Below, piece by piece: positions 27,057 through 37,206 of a DNA stretch of 64,000 bases. Both the position numbers and the translations under genes were made by a program. Within the stretch, counting starts at the first letter, position 1; the number at the start of each line of letters is the position of its first letter. A model generated the notes under the pieces. The model saw only the letters and a list, made by a program, of their open reading frames with translations. It did no database searches and was not told where the DNA came from. The DNA is taken from contig JBBAPZ010000002.1 of the NCBI GenBank assembly GCA_040400605.1, positions 97,576 to 161,575 on the forward strand, written 5' to 3'. Source of the DNA: Candidatus Sericytochromatia bacterium. GTDB taxonomy: Bacteria; Cyanobacteriota; Sericytochromatia; S15B-MN24; JAQBPE01.

Positions 27057-27203
27057 AGTGGCCTGATTTCGTCGCCAATGCGAACTAAACCCAACAAGGG
27101 GTGCTGAGGAATTTGGTCGCCGGCACCGTGGAGCCGGTACGGGCTCAGTGTTAGGATACCCGAGCGTCCAAGGGCCGTCGCCCTTTCAGCTCAGGAGGTG
27201 CCT

Positions 27204-27425
27204 ATGCGCAATCGAACATCCCGTCAGCCCATTCGATGGGAGGCCGCCAACCTGGAACAGAATCGCTTCGGGCGGGTGCTGTTGGAAGCGTCCGAGCGTA
27301 AGAAGCTGTTGACACCCTTGAGCCGGCCATCGTTTGCCGCTGAGTTTTTTCGGGATAACCCGATGCCGTGGTTGCTTGATAGCGATCCGGCAATCGCGAT
27401 CGACGACGGCGTCGATTGCGTGTAA
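27204..27425 (+). CDS. Small hypothetical protein
   Basis: 73 aa; strong AGGAGG RBS. Confidence 0.6.
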   Translation: MRNRTSRQPIRWEAANLEQNRFGRVLLEASERKKLLTPLSRPSFAAEFFRDNPMPWLLDSDPAIAIDDGVDCV

Positions 27426-27528
27426 CAAGGCGATAGGTAGGGCTCGTTGGCGTATGCACCGTTTGTGCTGTAATCTGACTGCAAGGTTGGTTTGTAGTAG
27501 ACGATACGGACAGGGAGCATTGACAGAA

Positions 27529-27999
27529 ATGAAGAAGTTTTGCATGCGTTCACGGGGTGATACGAAGTTTTTGATGGGCACTTTGCTCATTGCATCGACG
27601 TTTTTGGGTGGGTGCATGGCAACTCACATGAAGGCGATGGATGCAGAGTACCCGATTTCGTTGTCTTCTAAGCCGCGAGGCACTTATGTCAAACCGTTTA
27701 AGGTCGAACTGAAATCGCATCATTTCATTTTCGGGTTGTTTAACCTTGCTGGTGACCCCAATGTCACCAAAGCCATTGACACGGAGGTCAAGCGTGCAGG
27801 CGGCAGAGGCGTCATGAATCTCCGCATGACAACGGTCAATACCTTTGGTGATATGATTCTACCTGGTTTGGTGGTTGCTGGGGGCTCCTTTGTTCTGAAC
27901 GCATCAGACGCGACGAGACCCTTTATCGGGGTTTTAGGGTTACTACCGGCTATATGGTCGCAGAACTCGTTGATCGTTGAAGGTGACATCATCAAGTAA
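27529..27999 (+). CDS. Small lipoprotein (Bor/TRL-like)
   Basis: LGGC lipobox; HFIFGL, GG.GV.NL, VEGDII. Confidence 0.65.
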   Translation: MKKFCMRSRGDTKFLMGTLLIASTFLGGCMATHMKAMDAEYPISLSSKPRGTYVKPFKVELKSHHFIFGLFNLAGDPNVTKAIDTEVKRAGGRGVMNLRMTTVNTFGDMILPGLVVAGGSFVLNASDATRPFIGVLGLLPAIWSQNSLIVEGDIIK

Positions 28000-28029
28000 C
28001 GGATGAAGTGGGTTTTAAAACCCAAACGG

Positions 28030-28063
28030 GTCGCTGCGACGGGTTGTTCGCGGCGGCTTTTTT
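28030..28063 (+). terminator. Intrinsic terminator
   Basis: GTCGCTGCGA...TCGCGGCGGC followed by T6. Confidence 0.7.
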
Positions 28064-28159
28064 GTTTTGAACTTGGTAAATGTGGTATCAAGGTAGCGTG
28101 CGAGCTCTGTAATGGGGACGCAGGCGCGTCTCGCGTTTTTCAAGAGAAAGGCTTTAAAC

Positions 28160-29239
28160 ATGATCAATCTGGAAAAACGGACGGTTGATTGGGTCGAGGA
28201 ATTGCTTGGTGCTGATGCTGAGGCCTTGTTGAACCATCGTTCGACCCATATTGCCAAGGAGCATTTGCACTTACCAGGGCCTGATTTCGTGGAGCGGATC
28301 TTTCTTCACTCTGATCGCCCACAACCGGTGGTGAACAATCTGCAACGCCTGTTTAATACCGGCCGCCTGTCAGGAACGGGCTACCTCTCGATTTTTCCTG
28401 TAGACCAAGGCATCGAGCACAGTGCCGGGGCGTCTTTTGCAAAGAACCCGATTTATTTCGACCCGGAAAACATTATTCGTCTGGCGATCGAAGGGGGTTG
28501 TAACGGGGTGGCATCGACCTTTGGGGTCCTGTCGGGCCTCGCGCGCAAGTATGCGCACCGGATTCCGTTTGTGGTGAAGCTTAATCACAACGAGTTTTTG
28601 AGTTATCCCAACACCTATGATCAGGTCATGTTCGGCACGGTCGAGGATGCTTATCAGATGGGGGCGGCGGCTGTGGGGGCGACGATTTACTTTGGTTCAC
28701 CCGAGTCACGTCGGCAAATCGTGGAAGTGGCTGAGGCTTTCGCGCGGGCACACGAGTTGGGGATGGCCACCATTTTGTGGTGTTACACCCGTAACAATGC
28801 GTTCAAGCAGGGCGACAAGGATTATCATACGGCGATGGATTTGTCTTCGCAGGCGTGTCATCTGGGGAGCACGATCAAGGCGGATATCATCAAGCAGAAG
28901 TTACCCGAGGTGCATGCGTCGGGTTATGACGCAGTGAAGTTTGGCAAGACGGATAAGCGGGTGTATAGCGAGTTGTCGAGTGCGCATCCGATTGATATGA
29001 CGCGGTATCAGGTGGCGAACTGTTATATGGGGCGGGCGGGGCTGATTAATTCCGGCGGCGCGTCGAGTGGGGAGTCGGATTTGGCCGAGTCCGTGCGCAC
29101 GGCGATCATCAACAAGCGCGCGGGCGGGATGGGTCTGATTCTGGGGCGCCGCGCGTTCCAGCGCCCGTTTGAAGAAGGCGTGCAGTTGTTGCAGGCGGTG
29201 CAGGATGTGTACCTGTCTGAGGCGATCACGATCGCATAG
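28160..29239 (+). CDS. fbaB: Class I fructose-bisphosphate aldolase
   Basis: [41 protein letters not shown]. Confidence 0.95.
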   Translation: MINLEKRTVDWVEELLGADAEALLNHRSTHIAKEHLHLPGPDFVERIFLHSDRPQPVVNNLQRLFNTGRLSGTGYLSIFPVDQGIEHSAGASFAKNPIYFDPENIIRLAIEGGCNGVASTFGVLSGLARKYAHRIPFVVKLNHNEFLSYPNTYDQVMFGTVEDAYQMGAAAVGATIYFGSPESRRQIVEVAEAFARAHELGMATILWCYTRNNAFKQGDKDYHTAMDLSSQACHLGSTIKADIIKQKLPEVHASGYDAVKFGKTDKRVYSELSSAHPIDMTRYQVANCYMGRAGLINSGGASSGESDLAESVRTAIINKRAGGMGLILGRRAFQRPFEEGVQLLQAVQDVYLSEAITIA

Positions 29240-29256
29240 TCCTGGTAGACAAAATG

Positions 29257-29297
29257 CAGGGCGTGTGTCGTTGATTCGCACACGCCCTGTTTTTTTG
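29257..29297 (+). terminator. Intrinsic terminator
   Basis: CAGGGCGTGTG...CACACGCCCTG followed by T8. Confidence 0.9.
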
Positions 29298-29336
29298 AGC
29301 GTCTAACTTCAGCCCAATGATTGAGTCGGTCAGAGC

Positions 29337-30815
29337 CTATTCGCGGACGATTTTGCCATTTTTCCAGTTGTGCTTCATGGTGATGGTTTTGACGGTGCCA
29401 TCTGGCTGTTCAATCTGGCGCAATACGGCGCCTTTGACCGCTGCGGTGTAGCGCAGGTCCGGCAGATTCTTCACGTCAACCAGGATCGCCCCGCTCAAGT
29501 CTGCCCCACTGACATCAGCGCCGGCCATGTCAGAGTTCACGAAACTGGTGCGACGGGTCAGGGCGCCTCTGAAATCGGTGTTACGAAGATCGTTATTCAC
29601 AAGTCGGGCATTATCCGCCCGGGCTGCTCTGAACGATGCCCCCCGAAGGTCCGAACCCATGATCCTTGCCTCTGTGATATCGGCGCCCTCAAATTTTGCG
29701 TCGCGCAGTCGACTGCTCACGACCAATGCTTTTCGCAAACTCGCCTCGGAAAAGTCCACGCCCCGTCCTCGGACGTCAACGAAAGAGGCACGTTTGTATT
29801 TTGCACGATGGAAGCTGGCGCCGCCCATACGAGTTCCCTTAAAAGAGGGTTTTTCGCCTGTCGAGCGCTTGAGACTCGCCCCGCCGAGTTTAGCATAATC
29901 GAATGTGGTTTCGTCGAGTGTCGTGTTGTAGAACTTAGCTTTAGGCGCGTGGATACCTGAGAGATCAGCGTGGGAGAGATTACTGTAATCGAAACCGGCT
30001 TCCGTTGCCTTCGCCTTCCTCAGAGTCGCTCGGGTCCAATCGTTACCCCCCGTGGACAAATTATCGAGCTTGGCCCCGTTGAAGTTTGCCCCACTAAAAC
30101 TGCCGCTGGCGCTGGTTTTGGACAGATCAGCATTAACAAACTGCGCGCGATTGAAGTTCCCTTGGATTTCGGCAATGGACATGTCACTGCCATTGAAGAC
30201 GGCTCCCGAATATTCCCCGCGATCGATCCTCAGGTAACGCAAATCGGCTTTGTCAAAATTGACACCTTTCGCCTGCGCGTTCTCGATTTTAATGGATCGT
30301 GCTTTTGCTCCGGTAAATATCGCACCATCAAGTTTGGGATCGACTAGCAGTGCGTTTGCCAGTGAGACACGCTCAAGGCGTGTTGCCCTTCTACCTGCCT
30401 CTCGAGGAAGGGGTGAAAAATCTGGACTGTGAGCCCGAATCTTGTCCAAGTTGGCGCCGGTGAAGTCTGCTCCACGCGCACTGAACTCATCTAAATTTGA
30501 ACCACTAAAATCACTCAAGTTAAATGCAGCACCATCCGCAACGGCACCACCCAGACGACTTTTAGGCGCCTCCGCACCGATTACTTGTGCGCCCCGTAGG
30601 TTAAACTTTTCCAGGTCCCAGTTGGGACGCTGCAACCCTGGCCTGACGGCGGCCCCCTTTAACGGGCTTGGCGAGATCCCGAACGTATCCCGAGCAAATC
30701 GCCCAGCGTTGAGGTCTGCTTCGGTAATGCGACGGTTGAACAACTGTCCCGGCCGCTCGGCTACCACCTGCTTTGATGCCTTCATGATTGCGCCTGCAAC
30801 CTGATTGATCCCCAT
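29337..30815 (-). CDS. Pentapeptide repeat protein
   Basis: Long A(D/N)(L/F)xx arrays; GGAGG RBS. Confidence 0.9.
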   Translation of the reverse strand: MGINQVAGAIMKASKQVVAERPGQLFNRRITEADLNAGRFARDTFGISPSPLKGAAVRPGLQRPNWDLEKFNLRGAQVIGAEAPKSRLGGAVADGAAFNLSDFSGSNLDEFSARGADFTGANLDKIRAHSPDFSPLPREAGRRATRLERVSLANALLVDPKLDGAIFTGAKARSIKIENAQAKGVNFDKADLRYLRIDRGEYSGAVFNGSDMSIAEIQGNFNRAQFVNADLSKTSASGSFSGANFNGAKLDNLSTGGNDWTRATLRKAKATEAGFDYSNLSHADLSGIHAPKAKFYNTTLDETTFDYAKLGGASLKRSTGEKPSFKGTRMGGASFHRAKYKRASFVDVRGRGVDFSEASLRKALVVSSRLRDAKFEGADITEARIMGSDLRGASFRAARADNARLVNNDLRNTDFRGALTRRTSFVNSDMAGADVSGADLSGAILVDVKNLPDLRYTAAVKGAVLRQIEQPDGTVKTITMKHNWKNGKIVRE

Positions 30816-31090
30816 CTTTGCCTCCAACGCCTGCTAAACACATTCCTTACACTTTGTTAATAGGCTATTGGGGTTACAAATGAGTTCCAAAACTGCGTAG
30901 GTAACATTGTGATCCAGCTAATGTCTCATTAATATTTGGGAGTGCGGTCACAGTCAGCGTGGAGCAACTGGCATCAACCTGCGGGTTTACTGCCTGAGTG
31001 TTGCATCATCTCTATATTATCGTCACTGGCAAATGGTTAGTGATGTTTCCTTGTATGCACTGTTCGCGTGTCATCGTCAAAGACGGCAAT

Positions 31091-31121
31091 AAAAAAACCT
31101 GGGGTGCCATGCACCCCAGGT
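31091..31121 (-). terminator. Intrinsic terminator of the ATP-grasp gene
   Basis: ACCTGGGGTGC-loop-GCACCCCAGGT with T-tract on the minus strand. Confidence 0.9.
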
Positions 31122-31148
31122 AAATGCGAAAGGAACCAGCGAGACTTA

Positions 31149-32336
31149 TCAGGCCTTGGCCGGTACGTGAACGGTGAAGTCATGCGCGAAACGTTGGGCG
31201 TACTGAGTTAACAGTTCCTCTACGCGTGCTTGGTCAGGCGATCGCACGATGAGACCCGCATGCCACTTGCGCGCTTGACGGTAAACAATCTCCGAATCAG
31301 TGTAAGCGGAGAGGTCAGGGTTCTCCGAATTCGCAAGCGTGATGATGACACCCGCGTACTCATCACGAACTGGGTCCATTTGGGCCGGCCCTTGGGCAAT
31401 CTCAATGCGTGCCCATTCGTGCCACAAACAGATGCCCTGACCATGCCAGATGACATCGGGGATGCGAGCCGCACCCACGCGCGCCCCGGCTTCAAGGAAG
31501 TAGAACTTGCCGTCTTCGCGGCTCTTGATGTATTCGATATGGGTTACGCCGCGACGCAGACCTAGCGACTTGACGACATCCCGGTTAAGTGACTGTAAAG
31601 CAATTTCGTCATCGCTGCCACGTTGGATCAATCGCGTGGTGTAAATGCCGCCGCCTTTGTTGAGGTCCAACATCGGGGTGCCATAACGCGAACATGCCGC
31701 AAATTTAACCTCGTGCTCCTGAACGACGGAGTCCACGTGATAGACATCACCCGGCGTAAACTTCTCCAACAGATTCAGTGACATCTTGTCCCCCAGCTTG
31801 TGTAGCAAGGGCCAAAGCTCATCGCGGTTGTTCACCTTGGTGATGCCCATGGAGGCCGCTTCTTGACGTGGCTTGAGGATCCAGGGGGCGGGCACGCGAT
31901 CCAGATACTCGTGAATCTCACGCCAGTTAAACAAAGGCGTGAAATCCGGGACAGGCACGCCGTCTTCACGGGCCTTCATGCGCATGGCGAGCTTGTCGCG
32001 GAAGTAACGCATCGTGGTTTCGCCCATACCCGGGGAGCGGAAGTGTTCACGCAGGAAGGACGCCACTTCCATCTCCCAGTCGCCCATTGGAACAATGCGG
32101 TCAAACTTGATGTCCCGTGAAATGAAGCTGACAGCGTTACGGACCTGCGTCTCGTTGAACAAGTCCGGCATCGCGAACACGTCGGTGATCACATCACGCG
32201 GCCAAGGCTCACTCAAGCGTTTTTCAGAAGTCAGGACATAGATGTTGTGTCCAAGCCGCTTCGCTTCCATCATAAATGGCCGCCCCATCAAAGTCGCGGC
32301 AATACACAGAATGTTCAGTGGTTTTGTGTCGGACAA
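31149..32336 (-). CDS. ATP-grasp domain protein
   Basis: FRDKLAMR, ILKP, LLEKF, YHVDS, HIEY, YFLE..AR; GGAAGG RBS before TTG. Confidence 0.88.
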   Translation of the reverse strand: MSDTKPLNILCIAATLMGRPFMMEAKRLGHNIYVLTSEKRLSEPWPRDVITDVFAMPDLFNETQVRNAVSFISRDIKFDRIVPMGDWEMEVASFLREHFRSPGMGETTMRYFRDKLAMRMKAREDGVPVPDFTPLFNWREIHEYLDRVPAPWILKPRQEAASMGITKVNNRDELWPLLHKLGDKMSLNLLEKFTPGDVYHVDSVVQEHEVKFAACSRYGTPMLDLNKGGGIYTTRLIQRGSDDEIALQSLNRDVVKSLGLRRGVTHIEYIKSREDGKFYFLEAGARVGAARIPDVIWHGQGICLWHEWARIEIAQGPAQMDPVRDEYAGVIITLANSENPDLSAYTDSEIVYRQARKWHAGLIVRSPDQARVEELLTQYAQRFAHDFTVHVPAKA

Positions 32337-32340
32337 GGTC

Positions 32341-32904
32341 TTATCCTTCCTCTCGTGGCTCAGGAGATGGTCGTGATTCAGCCAGGCGCCCAAGTGTTGC
32401 AGCCAAGCCGTTCACGCCCATTGTAGCGGGTATGCTTGCCTCACCGCTACCGTTCGGCCCGAAAGGCGGCGGGGCAGGCGCGATATCCAGGCGATCGAGT
32501 TTGCGCGCATTGCAAGACTGACACGCAGGCACCAGGTTTGAGATATCGTTACTGCCGCCTGCACTCAAGGGAATGACGTGCTCCTTGACCAAGGCGCGGT
32601 CACTGCGTCCGCAATACGCGCAACGGGCGCCGTAAGCCTGTAACCGCGCCTGCCATTCCGCCTCGGTGTGCCCCCCGGGCGCCCGCTTGCGCCGTTTTAC
32701 ATACGCCTCGCGCATCGCCAACGCGCGTCGGTGACGCTCAGGCGTGCTGTGTGCCCAGCGAACGCGTTGCAGGTTGCAACAAATCCGACACTCAGTTCTG
32801 CGTCCACCCTTGCCGTCGGATTGAAAGTCCTCAATGAACTTTTCCTCCCGACAGATCCGACACAGTTGCATATCCGGCTCATCATCCCAGTCCAAGCGCT
32901 GCAA
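32341..32904 (-). CDS. Free-standing HNH endonuclease with N-terminal Zn finger
   Basis: CRIC..CRIC; CAYCG..EHVIPLSAGGSN..NLVPAC..CN..K; GGGAGG RBS. Confidence 0.88.
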   Translation of the reverse strand: MQRLDWDDEPDMQLCRICREEKFIEDFQSDGKGGRRTECRICCNLQRVRWAHSTPERHRRALAMREAYVKRRKRAPGGHTEAEWQARLQAYGARCAYCGRSDRALVKEHVIPLSAGGSNDISNLVPACQSCNARKLDRLDIAPAPPPFGPNGSGEASIPATMGVNGLAATLGRLAESRPSPEPREEG

Positions 32905-33027
32905 CCCTCCCCACAGAAAGATTTTGACAGGTGTGCGCTCTTTTTGACAACGTGATGGCCGTCGTCTTGTGGTTGCCTGCTCCGGTACACCTCTTTATGA
33001 TGTTTTGGATTGCTGCACGATACAGAA

Positions 33028-33185
33028 AAGTGTTGATTGGTGATCGCATTCTGGCTGTCGCTGAACAACAGGGTGTGAGTGTCCGTTTTTTGAGCCTGGC
33101 ACTCACGCTCTGAACACATGTTCGTCGGTCATTGTATGGGATGCGACCACGTGTGAACACTTAAAAAAACCGTTTTCGGGTTTTT
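33028..33185 (+). ncRNA. Candidate rod-shaped structured RNA (or degenerate inverted repeat) followed by a terminator-like hairpin
   Basis: Five nested helices with G-U pairs on the + strand (see findings). Confidence 0.45.
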
Positions 33186-33361
33186 CCAAACAATCAACCT
33201 TGAGCAAATCCCGGTAACCCGCATACGGAAAATGTCAGCCAACGATGAAACATGGGGTTTTTTGTGCACGAGTTACTTATGTAGACACGCTTGGGGACAC
33301 GACCTTGCATGGTTTTGAACACAAAACCACGCGTCACTATGTAACGGATCCTGAAGCAAAT

Positions 33362-33393
33362 GAGGGGCGGAGACATCTGTGCCTCCGCCCCTC
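33362..33393 (-). terminator. Hairpin downstream of the esterase
   Basis: GAGGGGCGGAG...CTCCGCCCCTC 11-bp stem. Confidence 0.7.
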
Positions 33394-33433
33394 GGATACT
33401 GCGAGCGGATTACCCGCACGCCCTTCGTTGTGC

Positions 33434-34165
33434 CTAGAAAGCGTTTGCCAGGTACATCGGCAACATGCGCCGCCAGGTTGGCCAGTCGTGACGCATGTCA
33501 GAGCCCCAGACGTCGAGATTGGCCGGAATGCCCTTGGCCCAGAGATCACGCGCCATCCGGGCGGAATGCTCCGGCACTTCGTAGTCACCCGAACCCGTCA
33601 AGATGTGAATGTGGCGCTTGGCGCGCAGTTGGTCAAGATACCAGGAATCGTGCAAATTGGGCATGTAATACGTCGGCGAATTGAAATAGACGTTCTCATC
33701 ACAGTAATCGCCAATAAATTGACGCATGTTATAGGTTCCGCTCATTGCGATGGTGCCATCGAAAAGATCCGGGTGCCGCAACAACACGTTCATCGCGTGA
33801 TAGGCGCCCATGCTCGCACCCGTCGTGATGATGCCACTCCGCCTTCCCTGATGGTTCCAGATGAACGGCACGACTTCCTTGGCCACATACGCGTCAAAAT
33901 ACCCATGCTTGCGGGCACGCTCAGCGGGATGCAAACGATTGTTCATCCACGTGTGCTGATTGACACTGTTAATCGAGTAAACCTTGACCTTGCCTTCGTC
34001 AATCAACGGCTTGATGACCGACAGCAGGTGAAAGCGCTCGTACTCTTCAAAGTCAGCCGCAGCCGTCGGGAACATAAGCAGCGGAAAACCATAATGACCG
34101 TACACCGCAATGGGCATTTCGCCACCGATTCGCGGACTGTACCACCTGTGAACCTCTTTACGCAT
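33434..34165 (-). CDS. Alpha/beta-fold esterase family protein
   Basis: YGHYG.PLLMFPT, GASMGAYHA, HDWPTW. Confidence 0.9.
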   Translation of the reverse strand: MRKEVHRWYSPRIGGEMPIAVYGHYGFPLLMFPTAAADFEEYERFHLLSVIKPLIDEGKVKVYSINSVNQHTWMNNRLHPAERARKHGYFDAYVAKEVVPFIWNHQGRRSGIITTGASMGAYHAMNVLLRHPDLFDGTIAMSGTYNMRQFIGDYCDENVYFNSPTYYMPNLHDSWYLDQLRAKRHIHILTGSGDYEVPEHSARMARDLWAKGIPANLDVWGSDMRHDWPTWRRMLPMYLANAF

Positions 34166-34389
34166 AAACCCTCATCGCTAGCCAGATGCCCACCGCCACA
34201 CTGACCTCAAGCCGATCGTGACGCCCTGACATCATTGTAAACCTTTCGTCAGCGACCCGTTGTCTTCACGCGGCGGATTTTGAAAAATTTAACCTTTTAT
34301 TTAGGCATTTTTCACGTATTATTCTGTTTGCGGCAATTGTTTGGTGGGCGTTGGCGTCGGTTTGGCGCGTTTGAAGGGGTGGCAGGCAC

Positions 34390-35520
34390 GTGGGAGTCAA
34401 GTTCATTGAACATACAGGGTTGACTTATGATGATGTGCTGATTGTACCGAAACGTTCGTCGGTGCGTTCGCGTCGGGAGGTCAGTTTAAGCACGCGCCTG
34501 GTGGGTGACTTGACGCTGGAGCTGCCCATTATCAGTGCCAACATGGATACTGTCACGGAGCTGCGGATGGCGCAGGCTATGAACGCGGCCGGTGGCTTGG
34601 GTGTGATTCATCGGTTTATTCCGGATGCCGGCCTGCATTCGCAATGGGTGTCTGAGACGCCGGGAATCCGGATTCTGGCTGTGGGGGTCAAGGCATCGGA
34701 TTTGGCGCGTATTCCTATGGTGAGCGGTTTGCATGGGGTTTTGATCGATGTTGCCCATGGTCACAGTGATCGCGTATTGGAGACGATCGCAGTTATACGG
34801 GATCGCCACCCCGACTTGTGGGTGATTGGGGGTAACGTCGCCACGGCGGAAGGGGCTTGGGATTTGCTTGAGGCTGGCGCTCACGCGGTCAAGGTGGGCG
34901 TTGGGCCCGGTGCGGTTTGCACCACGCGCATCGTGACGGGTTGCGGTGTGCCGCAGTTAAGCGCGGTGATCAAGGTGAAGGCTGCGATCAGCCGCTGGTG
35001 GGATGTCGAACGTCGCAAGGCGAACCCACGGTTGCAACAGCGTCCGACTGTGATTGCAGACGGTGGCATCCGGCATTCAGGCGACATCGTCAAGGCGCTG
35101 GTTGCGGGTGCCGACACGGTGATGATTGGCAGCCTGTTTGCAGGCACCGATGAGGCACCGGGTGAGGTGATCGAACGCGACGGCGAACGGGTCAAACTGT
35201 ATCGCGGGATGGCCTCCGAAGGCGCCATGCGCGTGGTTGGCGCTGAACGCACACCGGAAGGGGTCTCAACGTACCTGCCCTACAAAGGATCGATGGCAGG
35301 CTTGCTCGCATCGCTCGAGGGTGGTATCCGTTCTGGGCTCAGCTACTGCAATTCGAGCAGTATTGTTGATCTCCACGAACAAACCATCGAAATGGTCCGC
35401 ATCACGCAAGCGTCACTGCGCGAAAGTCATCCTCACGCCACCTCACGGCAACCGGCAGAAACTCGCATCGAGCCTGCTGGTGCGGAACCATCCGAAGCCG
35501 CACCCAACCCCTGTTTTTGA
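34390..35520 (+). CDS. guaB: IMP dehydrogenase/GMP reductase family, CBS-less
   Basis: [41 protein letters not shown] reductase not excluded. Confidence 0.8.
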   Translation: MGVKFIEHTGLTYDDVLIVPKRSSVRSRREVSLSTRLVGDLTLELPIISANMDTVTELRMAQAMNAAGGLGVIHRFIPDAGLHSQWVSETPGIRILAVGVKASDLARIPMVSGLHGVLIDVAHGHSDRVLETIAVIRDRHPDLWVIGGNVATAEGAWDLLEAGAHAVKVGVGPGAVCTTRIVTGCGVPQLSAVIKVKAAISRWWDVERRKANPRLQQRPTVIADGGIRHSGDIVKALVAGADTVMIGSLFAGTDEAPGEVIERDGERVKLYRGMASEGAMRVVGAERTPEGVSTYLPYKGSMAGLLASLEGGIRSGLSYCNSSSIVDLHEQTIEMVRITQASLRESHPHATSRQPAETRIEPAGAEPSEAAPNPCF

Positions 35521-35616
35521 AACGAAAAACTGCATGGCAAGTGGCGTCGTGTAATCAAGGGGTAAACAAGACAAAAGTTGTCATGTTTGTGTTATACTCA
35601 CCAGACAAGGAGGGTG

Positions 35617-36159
35617 ATGACCGTGAAAGTGATGAGTTTTGAGCCCACGCCAAACCCGAACGCCATGAAGTTCAATGTGAGTGAACGTCTGATTGAGGGG
35701 GGCTCGCGTTCGTTCGAGACCCCGTCGGCCGCTTCGGATGATGTGTTGGCGAGTCATTTGTTTGCTTTGGGCAAGGTGACGAGTGTATTTTACATGCCAG
35801 GATTTGTGACGGTGACGCGCACGCCCGATGCCGATTGGTCCAGTTTGGCGCCGATGGTGGCGCGCACCATTGAGACTGTCAGCCTGCCGGTTGCGCAAGA
35901 AGCCATCGCGGGTGATGACCCGGCGGATGGCAATGAGACGATGCGACGGATACACCGCGTGTTGAATGAGCAGATTCTGCCTGCACTCGCCGGCGATGGT
36001 GGCGGGCTTGAGGTGGTTGGTTTGGAAGGGCACACGCTCACAATTCGTTATCAGGGAGCTTGCGGCAGTTGTCCGAGTTCGATCGCAGGCACCTTGAATG
36101 CGATTCAAAACCTGCTGCAAGCCGAAGTGGATGAGAAACTGACGGTTGTCGCCGCCTGA
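35617..36159 (+). CDS. Nfu/NifU-like Fe-S carrier
   Basis: EPTPNPNAMKF N-terminal domain; DGG..YQGACGSCPSS. Confidence 0.9.
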   Translation: MTVKVMSFEPTPNPNAMKFNVSERLIEGGSRSFETPSAASDDVLASHLFALGKVTSVFYMPGFVTVTRTPDADWSSLAPMVARTIETVSLPVAQEAIAGDDPADGNETMRRIHRVLNEQILPALAGDGGGLEVVGLEGHTLTIRYQGACGSCPSSIAGTLNAIQNLLQAEVDEKLTVVAA

Positions 36160-36549
36160 TGGGCCAAGTGGCCCCAAGAGACTTCTTTGGGGCCTTTAAA
36201 CGCTTGTTCGACACTTCAACAAATCGAGGCCCTCTGCCACTCAGCGTCTTGTCACTTGTTCGCGTATGGTGGTTGGCCAATGACGCGGAAACCTTTATGG
36301 CGCCATAAAATCACGTGGCGGCTTATGATCAGAACTCGATTTGATAGAACCGCGTTGCTTGATAATCGCGTTTTTGGCAAGCGTTGATTATCGGTTGATG
36401 GTTGCTTGGACTTTTTGTAATGACAGCACATGTTCGAACGAAAACCGATGGGTTTCTGTTGAATCATTGCATTTTTGGATGATGTTTTTTCACCGACAGA
36501 GCCGTTACGGGATGGTCAGGCTCTGGTGAAATGAAAGGTTGAGTGGCCT

Positions 36550-36936
36550 TCAAACGGAGCGGGCAAGCTGTTGCCCGAGTAAAATGGCGCCGATGCCCCC
36601 GGCACTGCTGCCAAGCCAATAAAGCACCGCTGCGGCTTGGTGTCCGGTGTTCCATAAGGTGACCAATTCCAGACTGAAGGTGGAGAATGTGGTGAAGGCG
36701 CCGCAAAAACCCGCGGCTAGCCCGATGCGCCAGTTTGGCGTGGGCCACGTGTGGGACTGGGCACTCAGATAGCCCAGCAGCAGGGCTCCGCCCAAATTGA
36801 CCAGTAAGGTCGCGCCAAGGAGCGCCCATGGACCGCCCGGTTGCAACGCGAGTAAACGCGGTGTGAGTGAGACGCTGACGGCGAAGCGTGCCAAGGTGCC
36901 GCTGGCACCCCCGAGAACCAAAAAGAGCAGTTTCAC
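36550..36936 (-). CDS. crcB: Fluoride efflux channel Fluc
   Basis: GGASGTLAR, TLLVNL.G, GFCGAFTTFSTF. Confidence 0.93.
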   Translation of the reverse strand: MKLLFLVLGGASGTLARFAVSVSLTPRLLALQPGGPWALLGATLLVNLGGALLLGYLSAQSHTWPTPNWRIGLAAGFCGAFTTFSTFSLELVTLWNTGHQAAAVLYWLGSSAGGIGAILLGQQLARSV

Positions 36937-37206
36937 GCTACCCCTTTCACGCCGCAATCCCATCGAGCCGGGCGATCGCCCCCAAGCCCTGTCGAGCAAC
37001 CGTACTCAGGCCTGCCATCGAATGTGGCTCGGTTATCATAACATTCTAAAAAAAAGGATGACAGGTCGCGAACACTTTGCTATAGTTTTAACAATCTTGA
37101 CTTTAGATTCTCTTAACCTCTTACGGAAGGTCTGACAGGTCTCTGAAACGATGCTGACGGTGTTGTCAGTGCGCTTGGGTTGGAGGAATCGGTGGGCACT
37201 CACGGA

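Noticed and set aside
27095..27190. TPP riboswitch or hammerhead (GGGGTGCTGAGGA)
   Set aside because: Lacks the TPP CCUGAU/AGCG..GGGA elements and the hammerhead GAAA after stem II
32341..32904. IscB/HEARO (OMEGA) nuclease
   Set aside because: No PLMP N-terminus or RuvC motifs; the protein is only 187 aa
36937..37060. Fluoride riboswitch upstream of crcB
   Set aside because: Only GGCGATCGCC resembles the motif; the GGCGAUGG...GCUGAUGAC core is absent
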